In this document: positions 17,930 through 26,674 of the stretch, in pieces | How the letters are laid out: every line of letters begins with the position of its first letter | Position numbering within the stretch: position 1 is the first letter of the stretch | NCBI GenBank assembly: GCA_031271785.1 | Contig: JAISUZ010000076.1 | Span: 1 to 32,000 of the forward strand | Length of the DNA stretch: 32,000 nucleotides | Reading direction: 5' to 3' | Source: Fibrobacter sp. | Lineage (GTDB): Bacteria > Fibrobacterota > Fibrobacteria > Fibrobacterales > Fibrobacteraceae | Notes under the pieces: generated by a model | What the model was told of the DNA's origin: nothing | The model's database searches: none | What the model saw: only the letters and a program-made list of their open reading frames with translations | Made by a program: the position numbers and the translations under genes

Positions 17930-19141
17930 TTGAAAGCATTTTTGCTTTGGTTTTGGGAAGCGATCCCCCGCACGCCGCGCCGTGACGGGATTTTGATCCG
18001 TATTTATTATTGGTGGACGGAAGCCTTTACGCCCGCGGGTAAAACGCTCTCCGCTCTCGCCTTATTTTCGCTTTTTGTGGTGGTGCTCCCCGGGTTTTCT
18101 CTCGCGGGATTCTTTCTGTGGGGAGCGGCGGCGCTCGCGCTCGTTTCTCTTTTTTTCCGCCGCCGGAAAGTGAAAGCCGTACCTCGGTTTTTCTCGGCGC
18201 ATTCCGTTACGGAAGGGGAGACTCTCACGCTGAAAGCGGGAATCCGTTCGGAAAAGAAATCACCGATGGTCGCGGGGCTCGGGATTTTTCGCACACCGGG
18301 TTCCCTTATTTTTGAAAATGAAATCCGGTGGCGTGTTTTACCGCCGTTTTCTTCGGAAACGCTTACCGCCGCACTGAAAACGTTGCGCCGCGGCTCCTTT
18401 GTGATTCACGGCGCGCGGTTTCTCGAACTTCAAAGCCTTGGTTTTTACCGGAGCCGCGGAAAGCCGCTCCCGCCTTTGGAACTTCTCGTTTTCCCGAAAG
18501 TTTCTCAGGTGTTTTCATTTCCGTTTTTGGTTCGCGGCGCAAGCGGGCGCGAATTCGCGCATCTCCTGAACCCGTCTCTTCAGAGAGGCATGGAATTTAT
18601 CGGCATTCGCGAATACCGGGAAGGCGATTCTCCGCGGGATTTACATGCGAGAGCTTTTGCGCGTTACTTGAAGCCGTTCACCAAAGAATTTGCGGTAGAG
18701 CGCGGTTCGGGAGTGATTTTACTTTTAGATGTCTCTTGCGAACATTTCCGGGAAAGGGCGTTTGTGGAAGATGTTATCCGGCTTTGCGCCGGGATTGGAC
18801 TCTGGCTCGAATCGAGAGGCGTATTCGGTCGTTTTTTTATCGGCAGCGAAGAAGTTTCGTTCCGCCATGTATCCGGTTCTTTTCATACGGAACTGCTTTC
18901 GGCGCTTGCCCGCATCCCTCAAGCCGGGCTTGGAAAATGGGAAACCCCGAAACCCTGGGCTCCCGAAGCGCGCCCCATGGGTCCCGTTCTCAGTATTTCT
19001 CTCCATGAGTTAGCCTCTCCGTTCATTACCAAACAAGTGATTGTTTCGGATACGGGAAAATCTTCGGATGAAAAACTTTTAGTACCGCCGGCGCTTTTAA
19101 AAGAAGTCTTTGCCGGAAAAAGAAAGGGGCTTGATTTATGA
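17930..19141 (+). CDS. DUF58-family protein (MoxR partner)
   Basis: N-terminal TM helices and the DUF58 core motif MEFIGIREYREGDSPRDLHARAFAR. The start is a TTG close after GGAGGG, so start certainty is moderate. Confidence 0.82.
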   Translation: MKAFLLWFWEAIPRTPRRDGILIRIYYWWTEAFTPAGKTLSALALFSLFVVVLPGFSLAGFFLWGAAALALVSLFFRRRKVKAVPRFFSAHSVTEGETLTLKAGIRSEKKSPMVAGLGIFRTPGSLIFENEIRWRVLPPFSSETLTAALKTLRRGSFVIHGARFLELQSLGFYRSRGKPLPPLELLVFPKVSQVFSFPFLVRGASGREFAHLLNPSLQRGMEFIGIREYREGDSPRDLHARAFARYLKPFTKEFAVERGSGVILLLDVSCEHFRERAFVEDVIRLCAGIGLWLESRGVFGRFFIGSEEVSFRHVSGSFHTELLSALARIPQAGLGKWETPKPWAPEARPMGPVLSISLHELASPFITKQVIVSDTGKSSDEKLLVPPALLKEVFAGKRKGLDL

Positions 19142-21009
19142 ATCGAAGCACGCTCCTTTTGGTGTTACTTTCCATCGCTTGCGTTTGGAACCAATCCCGG
19201 GTGCATTTGCTTGCGTTCCTTTCGGTTTTTGCGGCGTTTTTTATCTACCGGAAAGTTAAGCAAAATAAAACGGTTGTTCTTAAAAAGTTTCTTCTGTATT
19301 TAGGCGTAATTCCGTTTGCGCTTTGGTGGACGTTTTCACCCGAGGTGGAATCCGGAATTTCTCCGTGGCTCTTCTTTATTCCGGCGTGGTTCTTTATTTT
19401 CCTTTCCCTGATGCAATGGAGAAGTTTAAAACGCGGCGGATATCTTGTTTTTGTACAGTGGAATGCACTTTCGGCTTGTATTGTTTCCCTCAAATCTTTT
19501 GACCGCGTTTCAATAATTCTCGCCCTCGCGGCGTTTGCCGTTTTTTTATGGAGCGTTCGTGCGCCCGGCTCTCCGATTCGCTGGGGTATAAATTTTGCGG
19601 TATTTTTAGCGGTGACCGCTTTACTCGGGGCAGGGACGCTTGGGTTCCGGCACGTTTACCGCGGGAGTTCCCCGCAAAAAAATTGGGGTGAAGATTATTA
19701 TGAAAAAAGAAATTTAACGGGTTTTAACGCCGTTTCGCAGCTCGGCAGCTTTGAATCCAATTTTTTATCGAAGTACAACGAACAGGTGGTGCTTCGGTTA
19801 TGGACAAAAAAAGCGCCGTATTACATGCGCGCCATTGCGTATGAACGTTACATTCCGGGAATCGGTTTATGGAAAAAACCGGATGCCGCTCAAATGCTTT
19901 ATCCCGGCGTTTATTATTTGAACTACGCCACTTTCGGCAGCGATTCGCTCCCTGAGGGTGAACCGGTTTGGGTACAATCCGCTTTGAATCAGGAATTTCT
20001 TTTTCTCCCGGCAGGGGCGTCTCTGACTGCGGTTCAGGCCGATTCGCTCGCGCTTTATACGGGCGGCGCCATTTCAAACCCGCGGCAGAAAGACTGGTTT
20101 TACTGGGATAGGGGAACTCCCATTCAAAACGAAACGGCCGATTCTTTAATCTGGCTTCAAATTCCCGATAAATTAGGAGAATTTCTGACCGGGGTCTCTT
20201 CCGAAATGGGGCTGGATTCACTTGAAAATCCGGCGCTTATTGCCAAAACCATTAAAAATTATCTTCAGAAAAACTTTGAATATTCCTTAACGCTCCCCAT
20301 GAAAAAAGGGAGAAACCGGGACGAACCGCTTTACACCTTCTGGAATTACAAAAAAGGTTATTGCGATTATTACGCGACCCTTGCCGCGCTTCTCCTGCGG
20401 TATCGCGGTGTGGAAGCGCGCTATGTAAACGGTTTCGCGCAGCCGGAGATACTCGGCGATTATGCGGTATTCCGCCGGAAACACGCGCATACCTGGGTGG
20501 AATATAAAGATTCTTCGAAATGGATTATTTTCGACCCGACTCCCGCCATAGACCGCGAATTGGAAATCACCGGTTTTTGGAACCGGAATCAGGAACAGCT
20601 GAACGCTAAAATCGCTTACCTTTTTCACCAACTCAAAGAAGGTGCCTGGCGTAAAAAAGTCGATGAATGGCAGGTTTACACCGAACGCGTCACGTCGAGC
20701 CGGGCGTTTATTCCCGTGTTGCTCATGATTCTTGCGACTTTGTCTGGTGTTCGCTTGGCGCTCGGGAGAAAAAGACGGAAAAAGCAAACGATCGCTTTTT
20801 CGGAACATATTCGCCGCCTTCAGGCAAAACTGAACCTTGCCGAACGCGGACTTGTTCGCCTCGGATTTAAGCGGGAAACCGGAGAAACCGCCGGGCATTT
20901 TCTATCGCGCCTTCCGCCGGAAACTGAAATTCCGGAAAAAAAACGCCGGATTTACCGCGAATATCTTAAAAATATCCGGGAATATGAAGCATCGCGTTGG
21001 ACTTTTTAG
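19138..21009 (+). CDS. Transglutaminase-like membrane protein
   Basis: Multiple N-terminal TM segments. A transglutaminase-core Cys-His-Asp is present: KGYCDYYATL, HAHTWVEY and IFDPT. ATGA overlap with DUF58 at 19138-19141. Confidence 0.88.
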   Translation: MNRSTLLLVLLSIACVWNQSRVHLLAFLSVFAAFFIYRKVKQNKTVVLKKFLLYLGVIPFALWWTFSPEVESGISPWLFFIPAWFFIFLSLMQWRSLKRGGYLVFVQWNALSACIVSLKSFDRVSIILALAAFAVFLWSVRAPGSPIRWGINFAVFLAVTALLGAGTLGFRHVYRGSSPQKNWGEDYYEKRNLTGFNAVSQLGSFESNFLSKYNEQVVLRLWTKKAPYYMRAIAYERYIPGIGLWKKPDAAQMLYPGVYYLNYATFGSDSLPEGEPVWVQSALNQEFLFLPAGASLTAVQADSLALYTGGAISNPRQKDWFYWDRGTPIQNETADSLIWLQIPDKLGEFLTGVSSEMGLDSLENPALIAKTIKNYLQKNFEYSLTLPMKKGRNRDEPLYTFWNYKKGYCDYYATLAALLLRYRGVEARYVNGFAQPEILGDYAVFRRKHAHTWVEYKDSSKWIIFDPTPAIDRELEITGFWNRNQEQLNAKIAYLFHQLKEGAWRKKVDEWQVYTERVTSSRAFIPVLLMILATLSGVRLALGRKRRKKQTIAFSEHIRRLQAKLNLAERGLVRLGFKRETGETAGHFLSRLPPETEIPEKKRRIYREYLKNIREYEASRWTF

Positions 21010-21317
21010 AACGATTTTCAGCTCTGCGGGTTTCTTTTTTTGGGCGTGCCCCGGCGCGGAGCGCCGGGTCGGGCTGTATTGCACTAAGGCGGGAAACCCG
21101 CCGAGTGCAACGGAGCCGCGCTTACCGGTCGTTTCGGGCAAGTTACTCGCACGTCTCCGCCTTTCGGGTCACCATCCCTCACGCACTTTCGCGCAGTTCC
21201 AACGCTTCGGGACAAATGGGAGCGGCTTCCGGCCTAAAGGTTTTGAAAAAAGTATTGAGAACCGCGCTTTGCGGTAAAAAATGGTTACCGAGTTCCTCGG
21301 GAATTGCAAACAGGGAA

Positions 21318-21500
21318 AATAAGTATCATCGCAGACGAAGAAAGTCTTACATGCCGGATTGCTCTATGACAATGCGATAATAAGTATCACCGCAGATTTG
21401 AAAAGTCTTACAAAACCTAGCGAACTAAACCGATGCGGTAATAAGTATCACCGCAGATTAGGAACGTTTTTCATGCCGGATTTGTCATGGCGAGAGCATC
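21318..21500 (+). repeat. Three degenerate tandem 61-nt repeat units (R-A, R-B, R-C)
   Basis: AATAAGTATCA[T/C]CGCAGA starts at 21318, 21379 and 21440, an exact 61-nt period. The motifs GAAAGTCTTACA and CATGCCGGATT recur within the units. Confidence 0.85.
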
Positions 21501-21524
21501 GCTTGTGAGAATGCATAAATGGAG

Positions 21525-21552
21525 AATTCAGTCATTGAAATCACGAAGAACA
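21525..21552 (+). repeat. Module X, the second copy of the 28-nt exact repeat
   Basis: Identical 28/28 nt to 65-92. Confidence 0.9.
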
Positions 21553-21879
21553 TACCATCGTCACCCCGGACAAGCATAACAAAAAATCCGATTGTTTAAT
21601 GACATCCATTTTGATTTAAACACGGCAATAACGATGGCAGGGGTCCAATATTATGTGGCAGGGATGCGACCCGAACGGGCGGAGATCCCGCAGGGAACTC
21701 CGTTCCGGGAGGCGGTTTTACCGCCCCCGGAATGCGAGCCCGGTCCCGGAATAAAATGGAGGGAGCCACCCGTAAAAACAGAGAATGTATCTTTTTGAAA
21801 CGTTTTTCATCTGTTGAAACCCTGGAAATAATAGTATTTTTTTGGCAAGATTTTTGCTTAATTCAAAGTGAGGTAAAAA

Positions 21880-24420
21880 GTGTCCGATTATAATAACGAT
21901 AGTGAAAAAATTTTAGTGAAAGCTCAGGAATTGATGGACAGAAGTTCTCATTCCTATTTAGGCGTAGTTCATCTCGCCGTCGCGCTGCTTGAAAATCCGG
22001 ATGCGCGGCTTAAAAATCTTTATAAAGCAAAAAATTTGAAAACCAAAGAAACGCGGGCTTTGCTCGTTCCTTTTTTGGATGCCGTTCCGAAAGTTTCCGG
22101 AGTGAATCCCGATAGCCGCGCCGATAACGACCTTTCGCGGGTGTTGCGGGCGGCGGTGCAAGCGGCGAGACAAACGTCCAGAACGGCTTCTCCCGGCGAC
22201 CTTTTGGTAAGCCTCATGCGGTTTGCGGAAAACCGGCGTTTAGTGAAAATTTTTGAAGATAAATTAGGCTCGGCAGAAGTCGTGGAAACCTGGCTTTCCG
22301 ACCCGATGAGCGCGGCGGCTGTTGCCGATGAGCAGTCTCCGTTAAAACTTTACGGCCGTGAGCTCGTGAGTCTCAGCGCCGAAGGTAAATTGGATCCGGT
22401 GATCGGGCGCGAAGAAGAAATCCGCCGCGTAATCCTGATTCTATCGCGTAAAACGAAAAATAACCCGGTGCTCGTCGGGGAACCCGGCGTGGGAAAAACC
22501 GCCATTGTGGAAGGCCTTGCCGAACGCATTCACCGCGGCGACGTTCCGGACGCGCTCAAAGGCAAAAAGTTATTTGCGCTGGATCTTTCCGCGTTGATTG
22601 CCGGAGCGAAATACCGCGGCGATTTTGAAGAACGCATGAAAGCAGTACTCGAAGCTCTCGAAGAAGACGGAAATACGCTTCTTTTTATCGATGAACTCCA
22701 CACCATTGTCGGCGCAGGGAAAACCGAAGGAAGCATGGATCTCGGGAATATGTTAAAACCGCGCCTCGCCCGCGGCGAACTTCACTGCATCGGCGCTACC
22801 ACTACGCAGGAATACCGGAAATACATTGAAAAAGATTCCGCGCTCGAACGGCGGTTTCAGCCGGTGAGCGTTTTTGAACCTTCCGAAGAAGAAGCGCTCT
22901 CCATTCTGCGCGGTATCAAAGAAGGCTTTGAATCTCATCACGGCGTACGGTTGCATGATAACGCGCTCGTGGCGGCGGTAAAACTTTCGAGCCGCTATAT
23001 TGCCGACCGGTTCCTGCCGGATAAAGCGATCGACTTGATGGATGAAGCGGCGAGTATGGTGAAAACGCAGCTCGATACGGTGCCGGAAACCCTCGATAAC
23101 TTGCAGCGCCGCGAACTCCAAATGAAAATCGAAGAACAGGCGCTCTCCAAAGAAACGGATGCGCACAGCAAACGCCGTCTGGAAGAGCTTCGGAAAGAAC
23201 TCACCCTGACATCGGCGGCGGTTTCGGAAATGCAGGCGCGCTGGCAGGAACAGCGGGCAAAATTTGCGGAATTGCACGAGCTGAAACAGAAATTGCGCGG
23301 GGCCAAAGAAGAAATGGAACAGGCCGAAGCGCGCTATGACTTAAACCGGGCGGCGGAACTTAAATACAATACGATTGTCGAACTTGAAAAAGAAATCCGG
23401 GCTAAAGAAGAAAAAATCAATCAGGATACCGCGACCGGCGAACTCACGCAAGAAGTGAATGAAGAAACCATTTCGCTTGTGGTCAGCCGTTGGACAGGCA
23501 TCCCGGTCACGCGCCTCCGCGAAGGAGAACGGGACAAACTGCTTCATTTGGACGAACGCCTGCATGAACGCGTCATCGGGCAGGATCAAGCGGTAGAAGC
23601 GGTATCGGAAGCGATTCTCCGGAACCGAAGCGGACTTTCGCGCGAAAATGCGCCCATCGGGAGTTTCCTTTTCCTTGGGCCCACCGGGGTAGGGAAAACC
23701 GAACTCGCCCGCGCGCTCGCTACGGAACTTTTCGACAGCGAACACGCCATGATTCGTTTGGATATGAGCGAATACATGGAAAAACACAGCGTCTCGCGCT
23801 TGATCGGCGCGCCTCCGGGATACGTCGGTTACGAAGAAGGCGGTCAGTTAACCGAAGCCGTACGCACACACCCTTACAGCGTGGTACTTCTCGATGAAGT
23901 TGAAAAAGCGCACCCCGATGTCTTCAACGCCCTCCTCCAAGTGCTTGACGACGGCCGGCTCACAGACGGAAAAGGGCGCGTTGTGAACTTTAAAAACACG
24001 CTCGTACTCATGACTTCCAACATCGGCGCCCATCATTTCGAAGGAAACAAAGATGTGACCGTAGAAGAACTCATGCCCGAACTCCGCCGGTTCTTCCGTC
24101 CGGAATTTTTGAACCGTCTGGATGAAGTGCTTGTGTTCCACTCGTTGAAGAAAGAAGAAATTTTTGAGATCACCCGCCTGAAATTTGCAGCGCTCGCCGG
24201 GCGCGCCGCGCGGCAAGGGTACCTGGTATCGGCCACCGACGCGGCATTGAAAGCGGTCAGCGAACAATCTTTCGACCCGCAGTTCGGCGCCCGCCCGATT
24301 CAAAGATTCCTGCAAAAAGAAGTCGAGCGCGTTTTGTCTCACGCGATTTTGTCGGGACAAGTAAAACCCGATGTTCCGGTGAAGATCGACTACGCCGGCG
24401 GAAAATTTGTGATCGCTTAA
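21880..24420 (+). CDS. clpB: Chaperone disaggregase ClpB (AAA+ with two nucleotide-binding domains)
   Basis: 846 aa. NBD1 Walker A is [15 protein letters not shown] and NBD2 Walker A is [16 protein letters not shown] long coiled-coil M-domain lies between them. The start is GTG with a GAGGT RBS. Confidence 0.96.
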   Translation: MSDYNNDSEKILVKAQELMDRSSHSYLGVVHLAVALLENPDARLKNLYKAKNLKTKETRALLVPFLDAVPKVSGVNPDSRADNDLSRVLRAAVQAARQTSRTASPGDLLVSLMRFAENRRLVKIFEDKLGSAEVVETWLSDPMSAAAVADEQSPLKLYGRELVSLSAEGKLDPVIGREEEIRRVILILSRKTKNNPVLVGEPGVGKTAIVEGLAERIHRGDVPDALKGKKLFALDLSALIAGAKYRGDFEERMKAVLEALEEDGNTLLFIDELHTIVGAGKTEGSMDLGNMLKPRLARGELHCIGATTTQEYRKYIEKDSALERRFQPVSVFEPSEEEALSILRGIKEGFESHHGVRLHDNALVAAVKLSSRYIADRFLPDKAIDLMDEAASMVKTQLDTVPETLDNLQRRELQMKIEEQALSKETDAHSKRRLEELRKELTLTSAAVSEMQARWQEQRAKFAELHELKQKLRGAKEEMEQAEARYDLNRAAELKYNTIVELEKEIRAKEEKINQDTATGELTQEVNEETISLVVSRWTGIPVTRLREGERDKLLHLDERLHERVIGQDQAVEAVSEAILRNRSGLSRENAPIGSFLFLGPTGVGKTELARALATELFDSEHAMIRLDMSEYMEKHSVSRLIGAPPGYVGYEEGGQLTEAVRTHPYSVVLLDEVEKAHPDVFNALLQVLDDGRLTDGKGRVVNFKNTLVLMTSNIGAHHFEGNKDVTVEELMPELRRFFRPEFLNRLDEVLVFHSLKKEEIFEITRLKFAALAGRAARQGYLVSATDAALKAVSEQSFDPQFGARPIQRFLQKEVERVLSHAILSGQVKPDVPVKIDYAGGKFVIA

Positions 24421-25103
24421 AACTCGATGATTCCGTCCGGAGTGGCGAGAATCACGCGGTCGGCCATGCCGACAAAAAGTCCGTGCCCGAGCAGTCCCGG
24501 GATGTGTTCCAAATTCCGGGCGAGGGTTTCCGGGTCTTTGATGCCGTCAAAAAAAGCATCGGCGATGAGGTTGCCCGAGTCGCTGATGACGGGACCGTCT
24601 TTTCCGGGCGCGCCTTGGCGTACTTTGACTTTAGCGCCGAGGGCTTCGACTTTTGCGGTCACAAGCCCGATGGCGTTCGGGAGGATTTCCAATGGGACGG
24701 CGAATTTTTTTCCGAGTTCGGAAACTTTTTTTCTGTCGTCGGCGATGATGATGTAAGTGTCCGCCATGGCGGCGACGATTTTTTCAAGCAGGTGGGCTGC
24801 GCCGCGCCCTTTGATTAAGTTTCGTTTGCCGTCGATTTCATCGGCGCCGTCGATCGCAATGTCAAGGTGCGAGGCTTCTCCCATTTCCATAAGCGGAATG
24901 CCGAGTTTCCGGCAGAGAAGCGTGGTGCTCCAACTGGTGCTTACGGCTTTGATTTCAAGATTTTCGTTTTGAATGCGTTCCGCAAGCCGTTCGATCATAA
25001 ACGTGGCGGTACTTCCCGTGCCGAGCCCCACATTCATTCCCGATTTGATTTTATCTGCCGCGCGCTCACCGGCGAGTTTTTTAAGCTCATCCATCGTTTT
25101 CAT
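24417..25103 (-). CDS. rpiA: Ribose-5-phosphate isomerase A
   Basis: RpiA signatures are present: GLGTGSTA, IDGADE, KGRGAA. I prefer the ATG at 25103 (MKTMDELKK...). The ORF-track start is the TTG at 25109. Confidence 0.93.
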   Translation of the reverse strand: MKTMDELKKLAGERAADKIKSGMNVGLGTGSTATFMIERLAERIQNENLEIKAVSTSWSTTLLCRKLGIPLMEMGEASHLDIAIDGADEIDGKRNLIKGRGAAHLLEKIVAAMADTYIIIADDRKKVSELGKKFAVPLEILPNAIGLVTAKVEALGAKVKVRQGAPGKDGPVISDSGNLIADAFFDGIKDPETLARNLEHIPGLLGHGLFVGMADRVILATPDGIIEF

Positions 25104-25705
25104 TACCAAAATCTCCCGTTCTTGGAGTCTTCGTCAAAATCGTCGTCTTCGGTGTCGCCTTCGCCGAGTATTTCTTCGGGGAGTCCCATTTCCTGTTCGA
25201 TAAGGGAAATCGGCTGAATGTCGAGAACCGAAACTTCAAAAGTCAAATCCATACCGGCAAACGGATGGTTGCCGTCGAGCAAAACCGTGTCGGGACGGAT
25301 TTCCCGGATGGTGTAAAAATGATTGCCTTCGTCGAGAGAATTGTCTCCGTAAATTTCGCGCGGGTCTTCGGGAATATGGATTTCGGGAAAATCAATATCT
25401 TCCTGATCTGCTTCGATTTCCATGCCGATCCAAATTTCGCCGAGGCTTTTTAAATCTTCTTTCGGGATTTCGATCATCAGGTTTTTCCGGTAAGGGCCGT
25501 AACCTTTTTCGGATTTTACCGTGACGCTGAATTGATCTCCTATTGATTTCCCTTCGAGCGCTTCTTCGAGTCCGGAGATGATATTCTGAAAACCATGCAG
25601 ATAAACGAGCGGAAATGATTCGAAGACCTCTTCAATCACATTTCCGCTTGTATTTTTGATCGCGTAGGCAATGCTTACTTTTGTATTTTTTGAGACAATA
25701 TCCAT
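25103..25705 (-). CDS. FKBP-type peptidyl-prolyl cis-trans isomerase (SlyD-like)
   Basis: SlyD-like N-terminus: KVSIAYAIKN...LVYLHGFQNIISGLEEALEGKSIGDQFSVTV. An insert-in-flap-like region and an acidic C-terminal tail are present. Confidence 0.85.
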   Translation of the reverse strand: MDIVSKNTKVSIAYAIKNTSGNVIEEVFESFPLVYLHGFQNIISGLEEALEGKSIGDQFSVTVKSEKGYGPYRKNLMIEIPKEDLKSLGEIWIGMEIEADQEDIDFPEIHIPEDPREIYGDNSLDEGNHFYTIREIRPDTVLLDGNHPFAGMDLTFEVSVLDIQPISLIEQEMGLPEEILGEGDTEDDDFDEDSKNGRFW

Positions 25706-25737
25706 TATCCTACAATATAGAAAAGGAGTTTCGCCGC

Positions 25738-26190
25738 GTGAAGAAAAGAATCTTATTTGTCTGTCTGGGTAATATCTGCCGCTCTCCGGCGGCGGAAGGA
25801 ATTGCCCGTAAACTGATTCGGGAGCGCGGTTTGGATTATTTTACGGATTCCGCCGGGACCGGGGACTGGCACACGGGAGAAGCGCCTCACTCCGAAATGC
25901 GGCGTGTCGCTACCGAACGCGGGTTTCCCATTGACGATTTGCGGGCGCGGCAAGTGAAGTCGAAAGATTTTTTTGATTTCGATGTGATTCTTGCGATGGA
26001 TCACCAAAACCTGCGTGACCTGGAACGTTTGAAAAAACAGGCGCGAGGAACGGCCGATGTGCGTTTGCTGTGCAGTGACGGCACGGATATTCCCGACCCT
26101 TATTACGGCGGCGCGGATGGCTTTTACCGGTGTTTCGATATGATCCGCGAAGGCGTGGAAGAGTTTCTTTCCGAAGTGGTTCGGGAATAA
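25738..26190 (+). CDS. Low-molecular-weight protein-tyrosine phosphatase
   Basis: Active-site loop LFVCLGNICRSP (CX5R-S) and a DP motif near the C-terminus. I chose the GTG at 25738, 9 nt after AAAAGGAG. The ORF-track start at 25681 would overlap the divergent slyD-like gene. Confidence 0.9.
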   Translation: MKKRILFVCLGNICRSPAAEGIARKLIRERGLDYFTDSAGTGDWHTGEAPHSEMRRVATERGFPIDDLRARQVKSKDFFDFDVILAMDHQNLRDLERLKKQARGTADVRLLCSDGTDIPDPYYGGADGFYRCFDMIREGVEEFLSEVVRE

Positions 26191-26192
26191 GA

Positions 26193-26598
26193 TTTGGGCA
26201 TGCCCCGGCGCGTTCCTGTTCCGCGTGCATAAAAATCGCGCCGGGTCGGGCCGTATTGCACTAAGGCGGGTTCTTTGCCAAGTGCAACGGAGCCGCGCGG
26301 AATATTCTCTGAAAACGGAAATGAAATAGAAAATAGGGAATTGGAAATGGATGACTCGGGAACAATTTGTACATCGACATAGACCGTGCTTGCATGTAAA
26401 GCTTTTTCAATGAGCATCGCATTCCCTGATTTCCATATCCGAAGAACCGGATTTGAGGGGGTAGCGGAATAAGTATCGCCGCAGATTTGGAAAGTCTTAC
26501 ATGAAATCGCGAACTCAACTGATGCGGCCAAAACGGCGCGCAGAACCCGGCGACCGCCGGAAGCCGATATTGGTTCTGCGGCATACGCCGGTTGAAGT
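26193..26598 (+). repeat. Mosaic hairpin-dense non-coding element, copy E3
   Basis: Module W at 26193-26298 starts 3 nt after the phosphatase stop. Module Z is at 26393-26410. One R unit at 26468-26528 is followed by a decayed second unit. Nine-bp arms CGCAGAACC/GGTTCTGCG lie at 26539-26547 and 26572-26580. Confidence 0.7.
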
Positions 26599-26629
26599 GA
26601 GGGGGATACTCCCCCTCCTTTATTCTTTT
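26599..26629 (+). terminator. Intrinsic terminator-like hairpin at the 3' end of element E3
   Basis: GAGGGGGA-TAC-TCCCCCTC (8-bp GC-rich stem, 26599-26617) is followed by CTTTATTCTTTT. The reverse strand has no T-run. Confidence 0.65.
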
Positions 26630-26674
26630 GCAATCCGTACCGCGACTCTTTGTCCATAATTCTATATTAGTTTC

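Larger units (their letters stand above)
21039..21775 (+). repeat. Mosaic hairpin-dense non-coding element, copy E2, the most complete copy in the window
   Basis: Fills most of the 870-nt gap between the transglutaminase-like gene and clpB. Module order: W 21039-21121, core 21177-21235, 3 x 61-nt R units 21318-21500, Y 21483-21503, X 21525-21552, V 21608-21685, then further GC hairpins to about 21775. Confidence 0.75.

Noticed and set aside
21079-21110. CIRCE-like heat-shock operator upstream of clpB (TTGCACT...AGTGCAA)
   Set aside because: CIRCE is TTAGCACTC-N9-GAGTGCTAA. Here the arm spacing is 18 nt and the arms differ. The motif lies about 770 nt from clpB, and the same motif recurs at 26257-26288 unrelated to any heat-shock gene.
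21039-21121. Integron attC-site interpretation of module W (an imperfect palindrome right after gene 3' ends)
   Set aside because: The flanking genes are housekeeping or operonic rather than promoterless cassettes. No intI gene or GTTRRRY core sites are evident, and W is only the first part of much longer shared elements.
21318-21500. CRISPR-array interpretation of the 61-nt periodic repeat
   Set aside because: Only three units are present. The would-be spacers are themselves similar to each other (GAAAGTCTTACA and CATGCCGGATT recur). The conserved block is only about 18-27 nt, and no cas genes are in the window.
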